Shown here piece by piece: positions 20,971 to 30,244 of a stretch of DNA of 64,000 bases (the stretch's first letter is position 1; each line of letters starts with the position of its first letter). The translations under genes and the position numbers were made by a program. The DNA is from Weeksellaceae bacterium. Lineage in GTDB: Bacteria; Bacteroidota; Bacteroidia; Flavobacteriales; Weeksellaceae. The notes beneath the pieces were generated by a model. That model was given only the letters and a program-made list of their open reading frames with translations. It searched no databases and was not told the origin of the DNA. The stretch spans positions 89,209 through 153,208 of the forward strand of contig JBLWWH010000004.1 in the NCBI GenBank assembly GCA_048268105.1, given 5' to 3'.

Positions 20971-21933
20971 TTGCCAATTATTGTATCGAATTATCGACCG
21001 CCCTTTATTTTTAGACAAGCTGATATTGCAACCATTTATTCTGCAAAAGTCAGAAAAGTTGGAGGGGTAGAACAGAAGAGAGAGCGATTAAATCTAAAAG
21101 ATGGAGATTTTGTTGATTTAGACTGGAGTCTGAGCATTCAAAAATCAGATACTTGTATTTTGTTGTTGCATGGATTAGAAGGAGCGGCAGATCGCGCTTA
21201 TATTCGGGGAACAGCCAAACTCTTCAATCAAAATGGAATAGATGCTTGTGCCATGAACTTCCGTAGTTGTAGCGGAGAAATGAATCTTTCCTATGGTTGT
21301 TATCATTCTGGTAAAACGGATGATGTTTTAGAGGTTTTGAAACATATTACGCAGGATAAAGGCTACAAAAAAGTTATAATTAAAGGTGTAAGCCTCGGTG
21401 GCAATGTGGCTTTAAAATTAGTAGGAGATAATATTGGAATTCCACCGGAATTAAAAGTTGTTATAGCTGTTTCTACGCCTTGTGACTTGGCCGGAGCAGC
21501 GGATAAAATTATCGGACCAAGGAATTTTGTTTACGGTAAGAATTTTCATGTTCATTTAAGAAAGAAAATTAAAGCCAAACAACAGTTGTTTCCAGAAAGG
21601 ATTTCCGATGAAATGATTCAATCTATTAAGAATTTAAGAGATTTTGATGAGGTTTATACTTCTAAGGCACATGGCTACAAAGACGCCGACGATTATTACG
21701 AACAATGCAGCTCGCTTAAGGTGTTGGATAATATTCAAGTCCCCACTTTAATTCTTAACGCTAAAAATGATTCCTTTCTTTCAGATAAATCTTATCCTTA
21801 TGAAATTGCTAAAAATCACAAATTTGTTCATTTAGAAACACCTAAATACGGCGGTCATGTAGCATTTTGGCAACCTGGAAATGTATATTATAATGAGGAA
21901 AGAGCTTTGGAGTTTTCCTTAGAACACCTTTAA
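20971..21933 (+). CDS. Alpha/beta-fold hydrolase (YheT-like)
   Basis: The nucleophile elbow GVSLGGN is present in the usual alpha/beta hydrolase arrangement (HGLEG...GVSLGG...D...H). Confidence 0.65.
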   Translation: MPIIVSNYRPPFIFRQADIATIYSAKVRKVGGVEQKRERLNLKDGDFVDLDWSLSIQKSDTCILLLHGLEGAADRAYIRGTAKLFNQNGIDACAMNFRSCSGEMNLSYGCYHSGKTDDVLEVLKHITQDKGYKKVIIKGVSLGGNVALKLVGDNIGIPPELKVVIAVSTPCDLAGAADKIIGPRNFVYGKNFHVHLRKKIKAKQQLFPERISDEMIQSIKNLRDFDEVYTSKAHGYKDADDYYEQCSSLKVLDNIQVPTLILNAKNDSFLSDKSYPYEIAKNHKFVHLETPKYGGHVAFWQPGNVYYNEERALEFSLEHL

Positions 21934-22006
21934 AATCCTAAGCCATTTATTTAGAATAATTTAAAATGCGTTTAATCATATTTTAGGAGTTGATAATTGA
22001 TTAACT

Positions 22007-22414
22007 TTGGCCTATATGAAACTGATAGGATTCATAATATCAACCATTCTACTTGTACAAAGTATGAATTTCCATCTTAGCGATATTGCTAAACTTGGGG
22101 ACCTGGTTGAGCATGCGCAATTTCATCAAAAAGAATATGGGGACGATATGTTTGCTTTTTTCGCTAAGCACTATGGTGAGCTAAAAGCCGAACATGAAAA
22201 GCAAAATCCTTATGAGCACAAAGACCACGAGAATTTACCTTTTCATTGTGATCATCATAATTCAAACAATTTTCAGTTTTTGTTTGCTTTCGAAGATGAA
22301 AATTTGATTCCTACACCTAACTTTTCTGAGTTTAAAGAATTGACTTTGATTTATGTAAGTATTTATAAATCACCTGATTTAAATACAATTTTACAGCCAC
22401 CTCGTTCTATCTAA
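22007..22414 (+). CDS. Small His-rich hypothetical protein with N-terminal hydrophobic segment (possible metal-binding periplasmic or membrane protein)
   Basis: It is an ORF immediately upstream of czcA. The His-rich stretch is EHEKQNPYEHKDHENLPFHCDHHNSN. No family was recognised. Confidence 0.3.
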   Translation: MAYMKLIGFIISTILLVQSMNFHLSDIAKLGDLVEHAQFHQKEYGDDMFAFFAKHYGELKAEHEKQNPYEHKDHENLPFHCDHHNSNNFQFLFAFEDENLIPTPNFSEFKELTLIYVSIYKSPDLNTILQPPRSI

Positions 22415-22523
22415 TTTTATTTCGATCAGAGAATTATTACAACTAATTCTCTCTAAATCATTTCTGTCGACTCGTTGATTAATAACTCAACGTAGTTGTT
22501 TTAACATATAAAATTAGAGAACA

Positions 22524-25500
22524 ATGCTTTCACAAATTATAGCGTTTTCAGTTAAAAACAAAATATTAATTTTCCTTTTTACTGCTCTTTTGATTGGCTT
22601 CGGACTTTATTCGGCCACACAAATTTCTATTGGAGCAGTACCTGATATTACAAATAACCAAGTACAAGTAATTACCACTTCCAAAAACTTGTCTACCCAG
22701 GATATGGAGCAATTCATAACCTATCCTATTGAGCTCGAAATGGCAAATTTACCAGGAGTTCAAGAAATTAGATCCGATAGTAAATTTGGATTGTCTGTTG
22801 TAACAATTGTTTTCGATGACGACATGGGGACTTATCTTCCTCGTCAACTCATTGCTGAGAAAATACAAACTGCAGCAGAAAAGATTCCCGAAGGTTTTGG
22901 AACACCAGAGATGGGCCCTATTTCAACTGGATTGGGAGAGATTTATCAATACATTCTCGATGTTGAGCCTGAGTTCAAAGATCGATATACAGATCAGCAA
23001 TTAAGAACTTTCCAAGATTGGATTGTTAAACGTCAATTATCAGGAATTCCTGGTGTGGTTGAGGTTAATACATGGGGAGGACATCTTAAACAATATGAAG
23101 TTGCTATAAATACTCAAAAACTTGCAAGCATGAATGTTACTGCAAGAGAGGTGTTTACGGCTTTAGAAAATAACAATAGTGTAGCAGGTGGTGGATATAT
23201 TGAAAAAGTTAATCAAGCTTATTTTATTCGTGGCGAAGGTTTGATTAAAAACTTAGAAGACATCAAAAATGTAGTGGTTAAAAACACTAATGGTCGTCCA
23301 ATTTATATTCGAGATGTGGCTGAGGTTGGCTATGGTAGCGCAACAAGATTTGGTGCTATTACGGCAAATGGAGAAGGCGAAAAGGTCTTGGGGCAGGTGA
23401 TGATGTTAAAGGATGCTGACTCCAAAAAAGTAATTGATGCCGTAAAAGAACGAGTAGCAGAAATTTCAAAAACGCTGCCTGAGGGAGTTTATATCAATCC
23501 ATTTTTAGAGCGAAGTGAATTGATTGGGAAAACCATGAACACGGTAACCGAGAACTTAGTTTTTGGGTTTTTAATCGTGATTTTTGTGGTTGTTATCTTG
23601 CTCGGAAACTTAAGATCAGGATTGGTAGTAGCTTCAGTAATTCCTTTGAGTTTGTTATTTGCGCTTTCTATGATGCACATTTTTGGTGTTGACGCCAACC
23701 TGATGAGTATGGGAGCGATTGATTTTGGGATTATTATAGATGGAGCTGTGATTATTGTCGAATTCACCACATTTAAAATGATGCAGAATAGGGTAGAAAT
23801 TCAAAATGTTCCAGTTAAGGAAAGACAAAACTTAAAAGATGAAATCTCATTTTCTGGAGCATCAACCATGATGAATTCTGCCATTTTTGGTCAACTTATT
23901 ATTCTAATTGTGTTTATTCCTATTCTCACGTTGCAAGGTGTAGAAGGAAAGATGTTTAGGCCCATGGCATTGGTTTTTAGTTTTGCTTTAATTGGAGCAA
24001 TGATTCTGTGTTTAACTTATGTTCCGGTAGTTTCAGCTTTATTTTTAAAACCTAAAAAATCGGATAAACCTAACTTTTCAGATAAAGTGATAAAGCGTTT
24101 ACAAGCTTATTATTTACAATCCATGAATTCTTTGTTTAAAATTAAATATATAGTTCTTGGTTTTGCCCTCTTTATTTTAATGATTACCGTCTTTATATTC
24201 ACTCGAATGGGTGGTGAGTTTATACCTCAGTTAGACGAAAATGACTTTGTGATTCAACCAGTTTTAAAAACTGGAACTTCTCTTCAAAAGACCATTGAAA
24301 CCACAACAAGAATCGAGAAAATATTAATTGAACAATTCCCAGAGGTAAACCAAGTAGTGACTCGAATTGGTGCTGCCGAAGTTCCTACCGACCCCATGAG
24401 TATGGAAGAGAGTGATGTCATTATTACGATGAAACCAAAAAGTGAATGGACTTCAGCTAAGAATCGAGACGAAATGGCAAATAAATTTGAGGAGGCATTA
24501 TCTGTGATTCCAGGGATGGAAGTAGAATTTACGCAACCTATCGAAATGCGTTTTAATGAGTTAATTACAGGAGTTAGAGCGGATATTGCCATCAAAGTAT
24601 TCGGAGAAGATTTAAGCATTTTGGCAAAAAAAGGTGAAGAAATTAAAGCTTTGGTGGAAAATGTTGAAGGAGCAAGCGATGTGGTGGTAGATAAAATCGA
24701 GGGTTTACCACAAATGAATGTGAGCTACAATCGTCATAAAATCGCTCGCTATGGATTGAATATCGCTGATGTAAATGATGTGCTTTCGATGGCTTTTGGT
24801 GGAAAAGTAGTCGGGAATGTTTTCGAAGGCGAGAGAAATTTTGATTTAATAGTTAGGCTTGGTGCAGAACAACGTAAGGATATTGATGACATTAAAAATC
24901 TAATGATAGACTTACCCAATGGTGGAAAACTTCCTATGTCTGAATTGGCTGAAATCTCATATACCAAAGGAGCTGCAAGGATTTCACGCGATGATACCAA
25001 GCGCCGAATGGTGGTGGGTGTAAATGTGAGAGACAGAGATTTGCAATCGGTGGCAGAAGAAATTCAAGAATTAATTGGTGAAAATATTGAATTGCCCACT
25101 GGTTACAGCATTGATTATGGAGGTCAGTTTGAGAATCTGCAAAGCGCCACCCGTCGATTGTTGTTGGCGGTTCCGATTTCATTATTATTGATTTTTGTGT
25201 TGTTATACTTTGCTTTTAAATCGGTGAAAGAAGCTTTGCTTATATATTCTGCGATTCCATTGGCTGCAGTGGGTGGTGTTTTATTATTGTGGATGCGAGA
25301 TTTGCCTTTCAGTATTTCTGCGGGCGTTGGTTTTATTGCTTTGTTCGGAATTGCTGTATTGAATGGAATTGTATTGATTGAACATTTTAAAGAATTAAAA
25401 TTGGAGAATTATAAAAATTTAGAAGAATTGATTAAACAAGGAGCTCAAGATAGAATGCGCGCCGTTTTGTTAACGGCTATGGCGGCGATGCTTGGTTTCC

Positions 25501-26837
25501 TACCCATGGCGGTTTCTACCGGTGCTGGCGCGGAAGTTCAGCGTCCGTTGGCAACGGTTGTGATTGGCGGTTTGCTTACTTCCACCTTATTAACTTTAAT
25601 TATTCTACCTATTTTATATTCCATATTTATGCGAAAAAAGAAAATAAAATTAGATGTAAAACCTGTCGTAACCGTTTTGTTATTGTTGGTTGGCGTGGGA
25701 TTAAGCGCACAACAAGAACCGCTTGGTTTGGAAGAGTTGCAAGCTATAGCCTTAGAAAATAATGTAGGAATTCAAGCCTATCAGTTTAAAATTGATGAAG
25801 CTGAAGCTTTGATAGATACTTATAAAAATGTGGATAAAACACATATTTATGCGGGTCGAGATCAGAATAATTTGGGCAGTAATAATAAGGTAATGAATGT
25901 GATAGGAGCGGAGCAAGATTTTTCTTTACCTTCTGTTTACAAGGCCAATAAAAAATTAAAAGAAGCTGAGTTTGAAATCATCAATAAACAAATGTTGGTG
26001 GAACATAAAAGGTTAATAAAAGAGGTAACCTTGGCATATTATCAGTTTCAAACGGAAAAACAGAAAGAGAAAATTTATTTTGAGCTCGACAGTATGTACG
26101 GAAAATTTGCCCACATGGCGCAACGTAGATATGAATTGGGAGAAAGTAATTATTTAGAAAAAATAACCGCTAGTGCCAAGCAACGACAAGTGAATTTAGC
26201 CTATGAACAAGCAAAGATTGATGGACAAATCGCTTATGAACAAATCCAAAAATGGGTTCAGATTCAAGATAGTTTGTGGATTGAGATTTTGCCTCTTTCC
26301 AAACCGATAAGGACAGATTTAATGCTCAACAATACTGCAGAAATGCAGGTGCTGGACCAACAATTCCAAATGTTGGACGCAAAATATGATTATCAGAAAA
26401 AGAAAAAACTTCCTGATTTCACGTTGGAATTATTTAATAGTTTTAATCTGGAATCTTATCAACCTGGTTTTCAAGTAGGTATTAAACTTCCTTTCTTCAA
26501 TCAACAATATAATGCCCAATATAAATCCATAGAAATGGGAAAAAAAAGCATTGAAAAGCAGAAAGAAAATTTGAATCTGATGTTTAATTCAGAATATCAA
26601 AGGCTTTTAAATACGGTAGAAAAACATACCAAAGCCTTGAAATATTACGAAGAAGAAGGAATGACCTTAGCCGATGAAATTGTGAAAACGGCAGAAAAAA
26701 GTTTTCTGTATGGCGAAATAGATTTCTTTCAATATATCCAAAGTTTGGAAAATGCGTATCAAATTAAAATTGATTATTTAGATCAGTTGAATTCCTTTAA
26801 CCAAACCATTATCAACCTTAATTATATAAGTCTATGA
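22524..26837 (+). CDS. czcA: CzcA/CusA-family heavy-metal-efflux RND transporter fused in-frame to a TolC/CzcC-like outer-membrane factor (1437 aa)
   Basis: The first ~1035 aa form a canonical HME-RND pump with 12 TM segments and two large periplasmic loops. From the Met at nt 25629 an MRKKKIKLD...LLLLVGVGLSAQ signal-peptide-like segment begins. It is followed by ~400 aa with the coiled/barrel OMF pattern (LEELQAIALENN...). Confidence 0.85.
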   Translation: MLSQIIAFSVKNKILIFLFTALLIGFGLYSATQISIGAVPDITNNQVQVITTSKNLSTQDMEQFITYPIELEMANLPGVQEIRSDSKFGLSVVTIVFDDDMGTYLPRQLIAEKIQTAAEKIPEGFGTPEMGPISTGLGEIYQYILDVEPEFKDRYTDQQLRTFQDWIVKRQLSGIPGVVEVNTWGGHLKQYEVAINTQKLASMNVTAREVFTALENNNSVAGGGYIEKVNQAYFIRGEGLIKNLEDIKNVVVKNTNGRPIYIRDVAEVGYGSATRFGAITANGEGEKVLGQVMMLKDADSKKVIDAVKERVAEISKTLPEGVYINPFLERSELIGKTMNTVTENLVFGFLIVIFVVVILLGNLRSGLVVASVIPLSLLFALSMMHIFGVDANLMSMGAIDFGIIIDGAVIIVEFTTFKMMQNRVEIQNVPVKERQNLKDEISFSGASTMMNSAIFGQLIILIVFIPILTLQGVEGKMFRPMALVFSFALIGAMILCLTYVPVVSALFLKPKKSDKPNFSDKVIKRLQAYYLQSMNSLFKIKYIVLGFALFILMITVFIFTRMGGEFIPQLDENDFVIQPVLKTGTSLQKTIETTTRIEKILIEQFPEVNQVVTRIGAAEVPTDPMSMEESDVIITMKPKSEWTSAKNRDEMANKFEEALSVIPGMEVEFTQPIEMRFNELITGVRADIAIKVFGEDLSILAKKGEEIKALVENVEGASDVVVDKIEGLPQMNVSYNRHKIARYGLNIADVNDVLSMAFGGKVVGNVFEGERNFDLIVRLGAEQRKDIDDIKNLMIDLPNGGKLPMSELAEISYTKGAARISRDDTKRRMVVGVNVRDRDLQSVAEEIQELIGENIELPTGYSIDYGGQFENLQSATRRLLLAVPISLLLIFVLLYFAFKSVKEALLIYSAIPLAAVGGVLLLWMRDLPFSISAGVGFIALFGIAVLNGIVLIEHFKELKLENYKNLEELIKQGAQDRMRAVLLTAMAAMLGFLPMAVSTGAGAEVQRPLATVVIGGLLTSTLLTLIILPILYSIFMRKKKIKLDVKPVVTVLLLLVGVGLSAQQEPLGLEELQAIALENNVGIQAYQFKIDEAEALIDTYKNVDKTHIYAGRDQNNLGSNNKVMNVIGAEQDFSLPSVYKANKKLKEAEFEIINKQMLVEHKRLIKEVTLAYYQFQTEKQKEKIYFELDSMYGKFAHMAQRRYELGESNYLEKITASAKQRQVNLAYEQAKIDGQIAYEQIQKWVQIQDSLWIEILPLSKPIRTDLMLNNTAEMQVLDQQFQMLDAKYDYQKKKKLPDFTLELFNSFNLESYQPGFQVGIKLPFFNQQYNAQYKSIEMGKKSIEKQKENLNLMFNSEYQRLLNTVEKHTKALKYYEEEGMTLADEIVKTAEKSFLYGEIDFFQYIQSLENAYQIKIDYLDQLNSFNQTIINLNYISL

Positions 26838-28054
26838 AAGCGCTACCCATAAAAAATAGCCAAAACTTTAAATTTAAAACAAAAATGCAATTTAATCATA
26901 TTGTAAATCACGTTTCTATGAATTTAGTAAAATATATTAGTTTATTCATATTATTGGTTTTTATTTCTTCTTGTTCAAACGAAAAAGAAGAACAGAATTT
27001 AGCCTCAACAGACGCTCCAACAGAACTTAAAGACAATCAAATATCGGTGAGCCAACAGCAATTTGACATGAATGAAATGCATTTGGTGAAAGGTGAGGAG
27101 CGCAATTTTCCGGCGAGTATTCCCGTCAACGGAATGATAGACGTTCCGCCGAGATATAAAGCGGTAGTGTACGCTACCACAGGTGGTTACATTAATACTT
27201 CTAATTTTATGGAAGGAGATTATGTCCGCAAAGGTCAAGTGATTGCAACGATTGAAAATCCAGAATTGGTGACGATGCAACAAGAATATCTGGAATTGAG
27301 TCAGGATTTAAATTATTTAAAAACCGAAATGGATCGACAAAAATTGATGTATGATGAGAAAATCACAGCGCAAAAGAATTATTTAAAAGCGCAAAGTGAA
27401 TACAATACCGCCAAAGCGAGACACAGCGGTTTGAAGAAGCAATTAACTTTATTTAATATTTCGCCTACCCAAGCTGCTCGTGGAAACTTCTCTTCTGCCG
27501 TGAATATTTATGCACCGATTGCAGGTTATGTCATGCGCGTAAATGTTATCAAAGGAACCCATGTTTCGCCTTCCACAGAGATTTTAGAAATTGTGGATAA
27601 CAATCATTTACATGTTGAATTAACGGTGTTTGAAAAAGACGCTATGAACATTGAAAAAGGTCAAAAAGTTTTGTTCAGCATTCCAGAAATGGCGGCAACT
27701 CCCTTTGAGGCAGAAGTTTATTTAATCGGAAAAACCATCGATGCCGACCGAACCGTTCGGGTTTTTGCCCACTTGAGCCAGGAAGATAAAAACAAATTCT
27801 TAACCGGAATGTTTGTAGAAGCCGAAATCGTCACAAAAGATAACCACGGAATAGCTTTGCCAGAAACGGCAGTAGCAGAAATAGATGACAGTTTCTTTGC
27901 TTTGAAATTAAAAGAAAAAGCAGAAGATGCTTATCTTTTCGAAGAAGTTGAAGTAGAGGTAGGCGAAACCAAAAATGGATTTACCCAGATTACATCAAAA
28001 ATAGATTCCACCGCACAATTCTTGGACAAAGGTGTTTATGAACTGGTGCAGTAA
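26834..28054 (+). CDS. czcB: Efflux RND periplasmic adaptor (membrane fusion protein, CzcB/HlyD family)
   Basis: The start overlaps the czcA stop by ATGA. The lipoprotein-like signal is LFILLVFISSC (an alternative start lies at ~26918). Biotinyl/lipoyl-like and beta-barrel MFP motifs are present (QVIATIENPELV...YAPIAGYV). Confidence 0.78.
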   Translation: MKALPIKNSQNFKFKTKMQFNHIVNHVSMNLVKYISLFILLVFISSCSNEKEEQNLASTDAPTELKDNQISVSQQQFDMNEMHLVKGEERNFPASIPVNGMIDVPPRYKAVVYATTGGYINTSNFMEGDYVRKGQVIATIENPELVTMQQEYLELSQDLNYLKTEMDRQKLMYDEKITAQKNYLKAQSEYNTAKARHSGLKKQLTLFNISPTQAARGNFSSAVNIYAPIAGYVMRVNVIKGTHVSPSTEILEIVDNNHLHVELTVFEKDAMNIEKGQKVLFSIPEMAATPFEAEVYLIGKTIDADRTVRVFAHLSQEDKNKFLTGMFVEAEIVTKDNHGIALPETAVAEIDDSFFALKLKEKAEDAYLFEEVEVEVGETKNGFTQITSKIDSTAQFLDKGVYELVQ

Positions 28055-28109
28055 ATTTTTTATTGTATGTAAGTTTTTGATTTAGAATAATTTAACATCA
28101 ATGTTAGTT

Positions 28110-28856
28110 TTAAGAAAGTTTGCGTAAATTTTCTTCTAAACGTGCAATTCTATCTTCAAAATCTTCCACTTTGTCTGGAATCCTTCTGTAGAAAACATAT
28201 CGAATTCTCCAGAGTTCTTTTATGTCTTTGTGGTCAATCCGAATATCGTCGATGCTTTTATGGTCCGCCCGAAGAATAATACCGTGAGAGGTAGTGAACA
28301 TTCTGCGAAATATCAGTTGATTTTCAGCTAGTACCAAAACTGGGGTTCCATTATTTAATTTTTTAATCACACTTTTAGGTGTCCATTCACCAATCACAAC
28401 ATCTTTTGGAAAAAAACCATTGTCGCGATCGGTCATTTCTAAATCTGTAATCGTATAAGCTCGAAATCGCTTTTCTGAATTAATCGGTAAACGCAAACTC
28501 GGCATATCTTGAATAAACTTGGTTTTATCTGCGTTTAAGATATATTCTTTGGCGTTATTTTCAGTGATACATGGGATAGAAGGAAAACTTTCTTTCATGG
28601 TTTCGTCAGCACCCAATGTTAATTCACCTTTAAATTTCAACAATTGATTAACGGTTAACTCTTTCGTTAGCAAATCATCTATGGGAATGCTAAAGTAATT
28701 AGCAATATTAATAATCGTATCGATTTTTGGTTCACTTCTTTCTTCTTCATAAGCACCTAAAGTCGCTCGTTTTAAGTCAAATAGCTCTGCAAAACTTTGC
28801 TGTGAGAGAGATTTAATTCCACGAATCTTTTTTATATTTTTTCCAAAAAATGACAT
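28110..28856 (-). CDS. XRE-family helix-turn-helix transcriptional regulator with C-terminal LexA/S24-peptidase-like domain
   Basis: The N-terminal HTH_XRE is IKKIRGIKSLSQQSFAELFDLKRATLGAYEEERSEPKIDTIINIANYFSIPIDDLL. The C-terminal ~140 aa have an S24-like beta pattern (VLVLAENQLIFRRM...GIILRADHKSI). Confidence 0.6.
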   Translation of the reverse strand: MSFFGKNIKKIRGIKSLSQQSFAELFDLKRATLGAYEEERSEPKIDTIINIANYFSIPIDDLLTKELTVNQLLKFKGELTLGADETMKESFPSIPCITENNAKEYILNADKTKFIQDMPSLRLPINSEKRFRAYTITDLEMTDRDNGFFPKDVVIGEWTPKSVIKKLNNGTPVLVLAENQLIFRRMFTTSHGIILRADHKSIDDIRIDHKDIKELWRIRYVFYRRIPDKVEDFEDRIARLEENLRKLS

Positions 28857-28878
28857 ATTTTGCTAATATTATTTGCAC

Positions 28879-28894
28879 AATTAAAATTTTAATT
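28879..28894. promoter_or_regulatory. Perfect 16-bp palindrome AATTAAAATTTTAATT in the divergent promoter region (candidate operator of the XRE/S24 regulator)
   Basis: The palindrome lies 23 bp upstream of the regulator start codon (minus strand). It is in the 260-bp region shared with the ybjN-like/pspA operon. Confidence 0.45.
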
Positions 28895-29116
28895 TATCTT
28901 TGCGCTAAGATTATTGTCAAATATCTGGAAAACTGAAGTGTAATGCAAATAAAATTAGATAAATCATGATATTAATTATTATCAAACTCATCGAAATCTT
29001 CATTAGTCTCTTCGTGTAGAGATAAAATGATTAACAATTAAAAATTTCCGTATGCAATTCGGGAAAATAGAATAATTTAAACTAAATTCATCCAATCAAA
29101 TAAAAAACCCAACATT

Positions 29117-29512
29117 ATGAATGATAATTTCCAAATGGTGAAAAATTACTTAACCGACCTTAAGTATGAAATATCCTTTGAAAACAAGGAAGAAGGCATC
29201 ATGGTCATTCAAAAAGAAAGTAATGGTGTAAGAAACCTAATTTTAGGAGTTGCAACACCGATTTTAATTTTAGAGCAATTTATTTTTAAAATTAACAACC
29301 AATCAGAAATGATTTTTAAAAGTTTATTGCAAAAAAATCGTGATATCATCCATGGCGCTTTTGTGTTGGAAGAAACAGGAGAAAAAGTAATCTTCAGAGA
29401 TACACTTCAGTTGGAGAATTTAGATTTAAATGAATTAGAAGCTTCGCTGAACTCGCTTGGTTTATTGCTGAGTGAATATGCTGACAAAATTATTGAATTC
29501 TCAAAATACTAA
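29117..29512 (+). CDS. Small cytosolic protein, YbjN/T3SS-chaperone-like fold candidate (PspA-associated)
   Basis: It is 131 aa. It ends 18 bp upstream of pspA. Weak resemblance to YbjN-family proteins. The assignment is tentative. Confidence 0.35.
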   Translation: MNDNFQMVKNYLTDLKYEISFENKEEGIMVIQKESNGVRNLILGVATPILILEQFIFKINNQSEMIFKSLLQKNRDIIHGAFVLEETGEKVIFRDTLQLENLDLNELEASLNSLGLLLSEYADKIIEFSKY

Positions 29513-29530
29513 CAATTAAAAACAAACAAA

Positions 29531-30241
29531 ATGAATATTTTTAAAAGACTATTTAAAATAGGTGAATCAGAAGCGAATGCTGCGATTGACAACATGGAAG
29601 ATCCCATTAAATTAACCGAACAATCTATTCGTGATTTAAAAATGGATTTAAGCAAAAACTTGGAATCTTTAGCACAAGTGAAGGCTTTGGCTATTCGCGC
29701 CAATAACGACAAAGAAAACTATGAAAATGAAGCCGAAGAGTTTCACAACAAAGCTATTCTTATCGTTAAAAAAGGTCAATCAGGAAGTTTAGAAGTAGAA
29801 GAATCCGACCGATTGGCGCAAGAAGCTTTGGTGAGAAAAGAAGAAAAGTTATCTCTTGCGAAAAACGCTAAATTAGAATCAGAGAAAATTCATGGTTCTG
29901 TTCAGGAATTGGAATCTAATATTGCACAATTAAAAAGCACCATCAGCAATTGGGAAAATGAGCTGAATACGCTGAAAGCACGCGTGAAAGTGAGCAAAGC
30001 CAAAACCAGTTTAAACAAACAAATGGCAGAATTGGACAGTTCTGGTTCGGTGGCGATGTTGGAGCGAATGAAAGAAAAAGTAGCGCAGCAAGAGGCTTTG
30101 GCAGACGCCTATGGTGATATCGCCAAAAACTACAAACCCATTGATGATGCCATTGACAAAGCTGCAGATTTCAGCAAGGAAAATGCAAAAGATGCGTTGG
30201 AGAATCTCAAAAAACAATTGAACCAAAACAAAGACGCTTAA
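29531..30241 (+). CDS. pspA: PspA/IM30/Vipp1-family protein (phage-shock protein A; ESCRT-III superfamily)
   Basis: It is a 236-aa all-helical coiled-coil. The N-terminal amphipathic helix is MNIFKRLFKIG and the IM30 pattern ...AIDNMEDPIKLTEQSIRDLKMDL... is present. Confidence 0.8.
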   Translation: MNIFKRLFKIGESEANAAIDNMEDPIKLTEQSIRDLKMDLSKNLESLAQVKALAIRANNDKENYENEAEEFHNKAILIVKKGQSGSLEVEESDRLAQEALVRKEEKLSLAKNAKLESEKIHGSVQELESNIAQLKSTISNWENELNTLKARVKVSKAKTSLNKQMAELDSSGSVAMLERMKEKVAQQEALADAYGDIAKNYKPIDDAIDKAADFSKENAKDALENLKKQLNQNKDA

Positions 30242-30244
30242 ACC

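Noticed and set aside
22524-26837. Interpreting the 1437-aa czcA-OMF ORF as a simple sequencing frameshift joining two genes
   Set aside because: The two parts are in the same frame with no stop, so a single-base frameshift cannot explain it. A missed stop codon remains possible, so it is reported as a finding with a resequencing check rather than dismissed.
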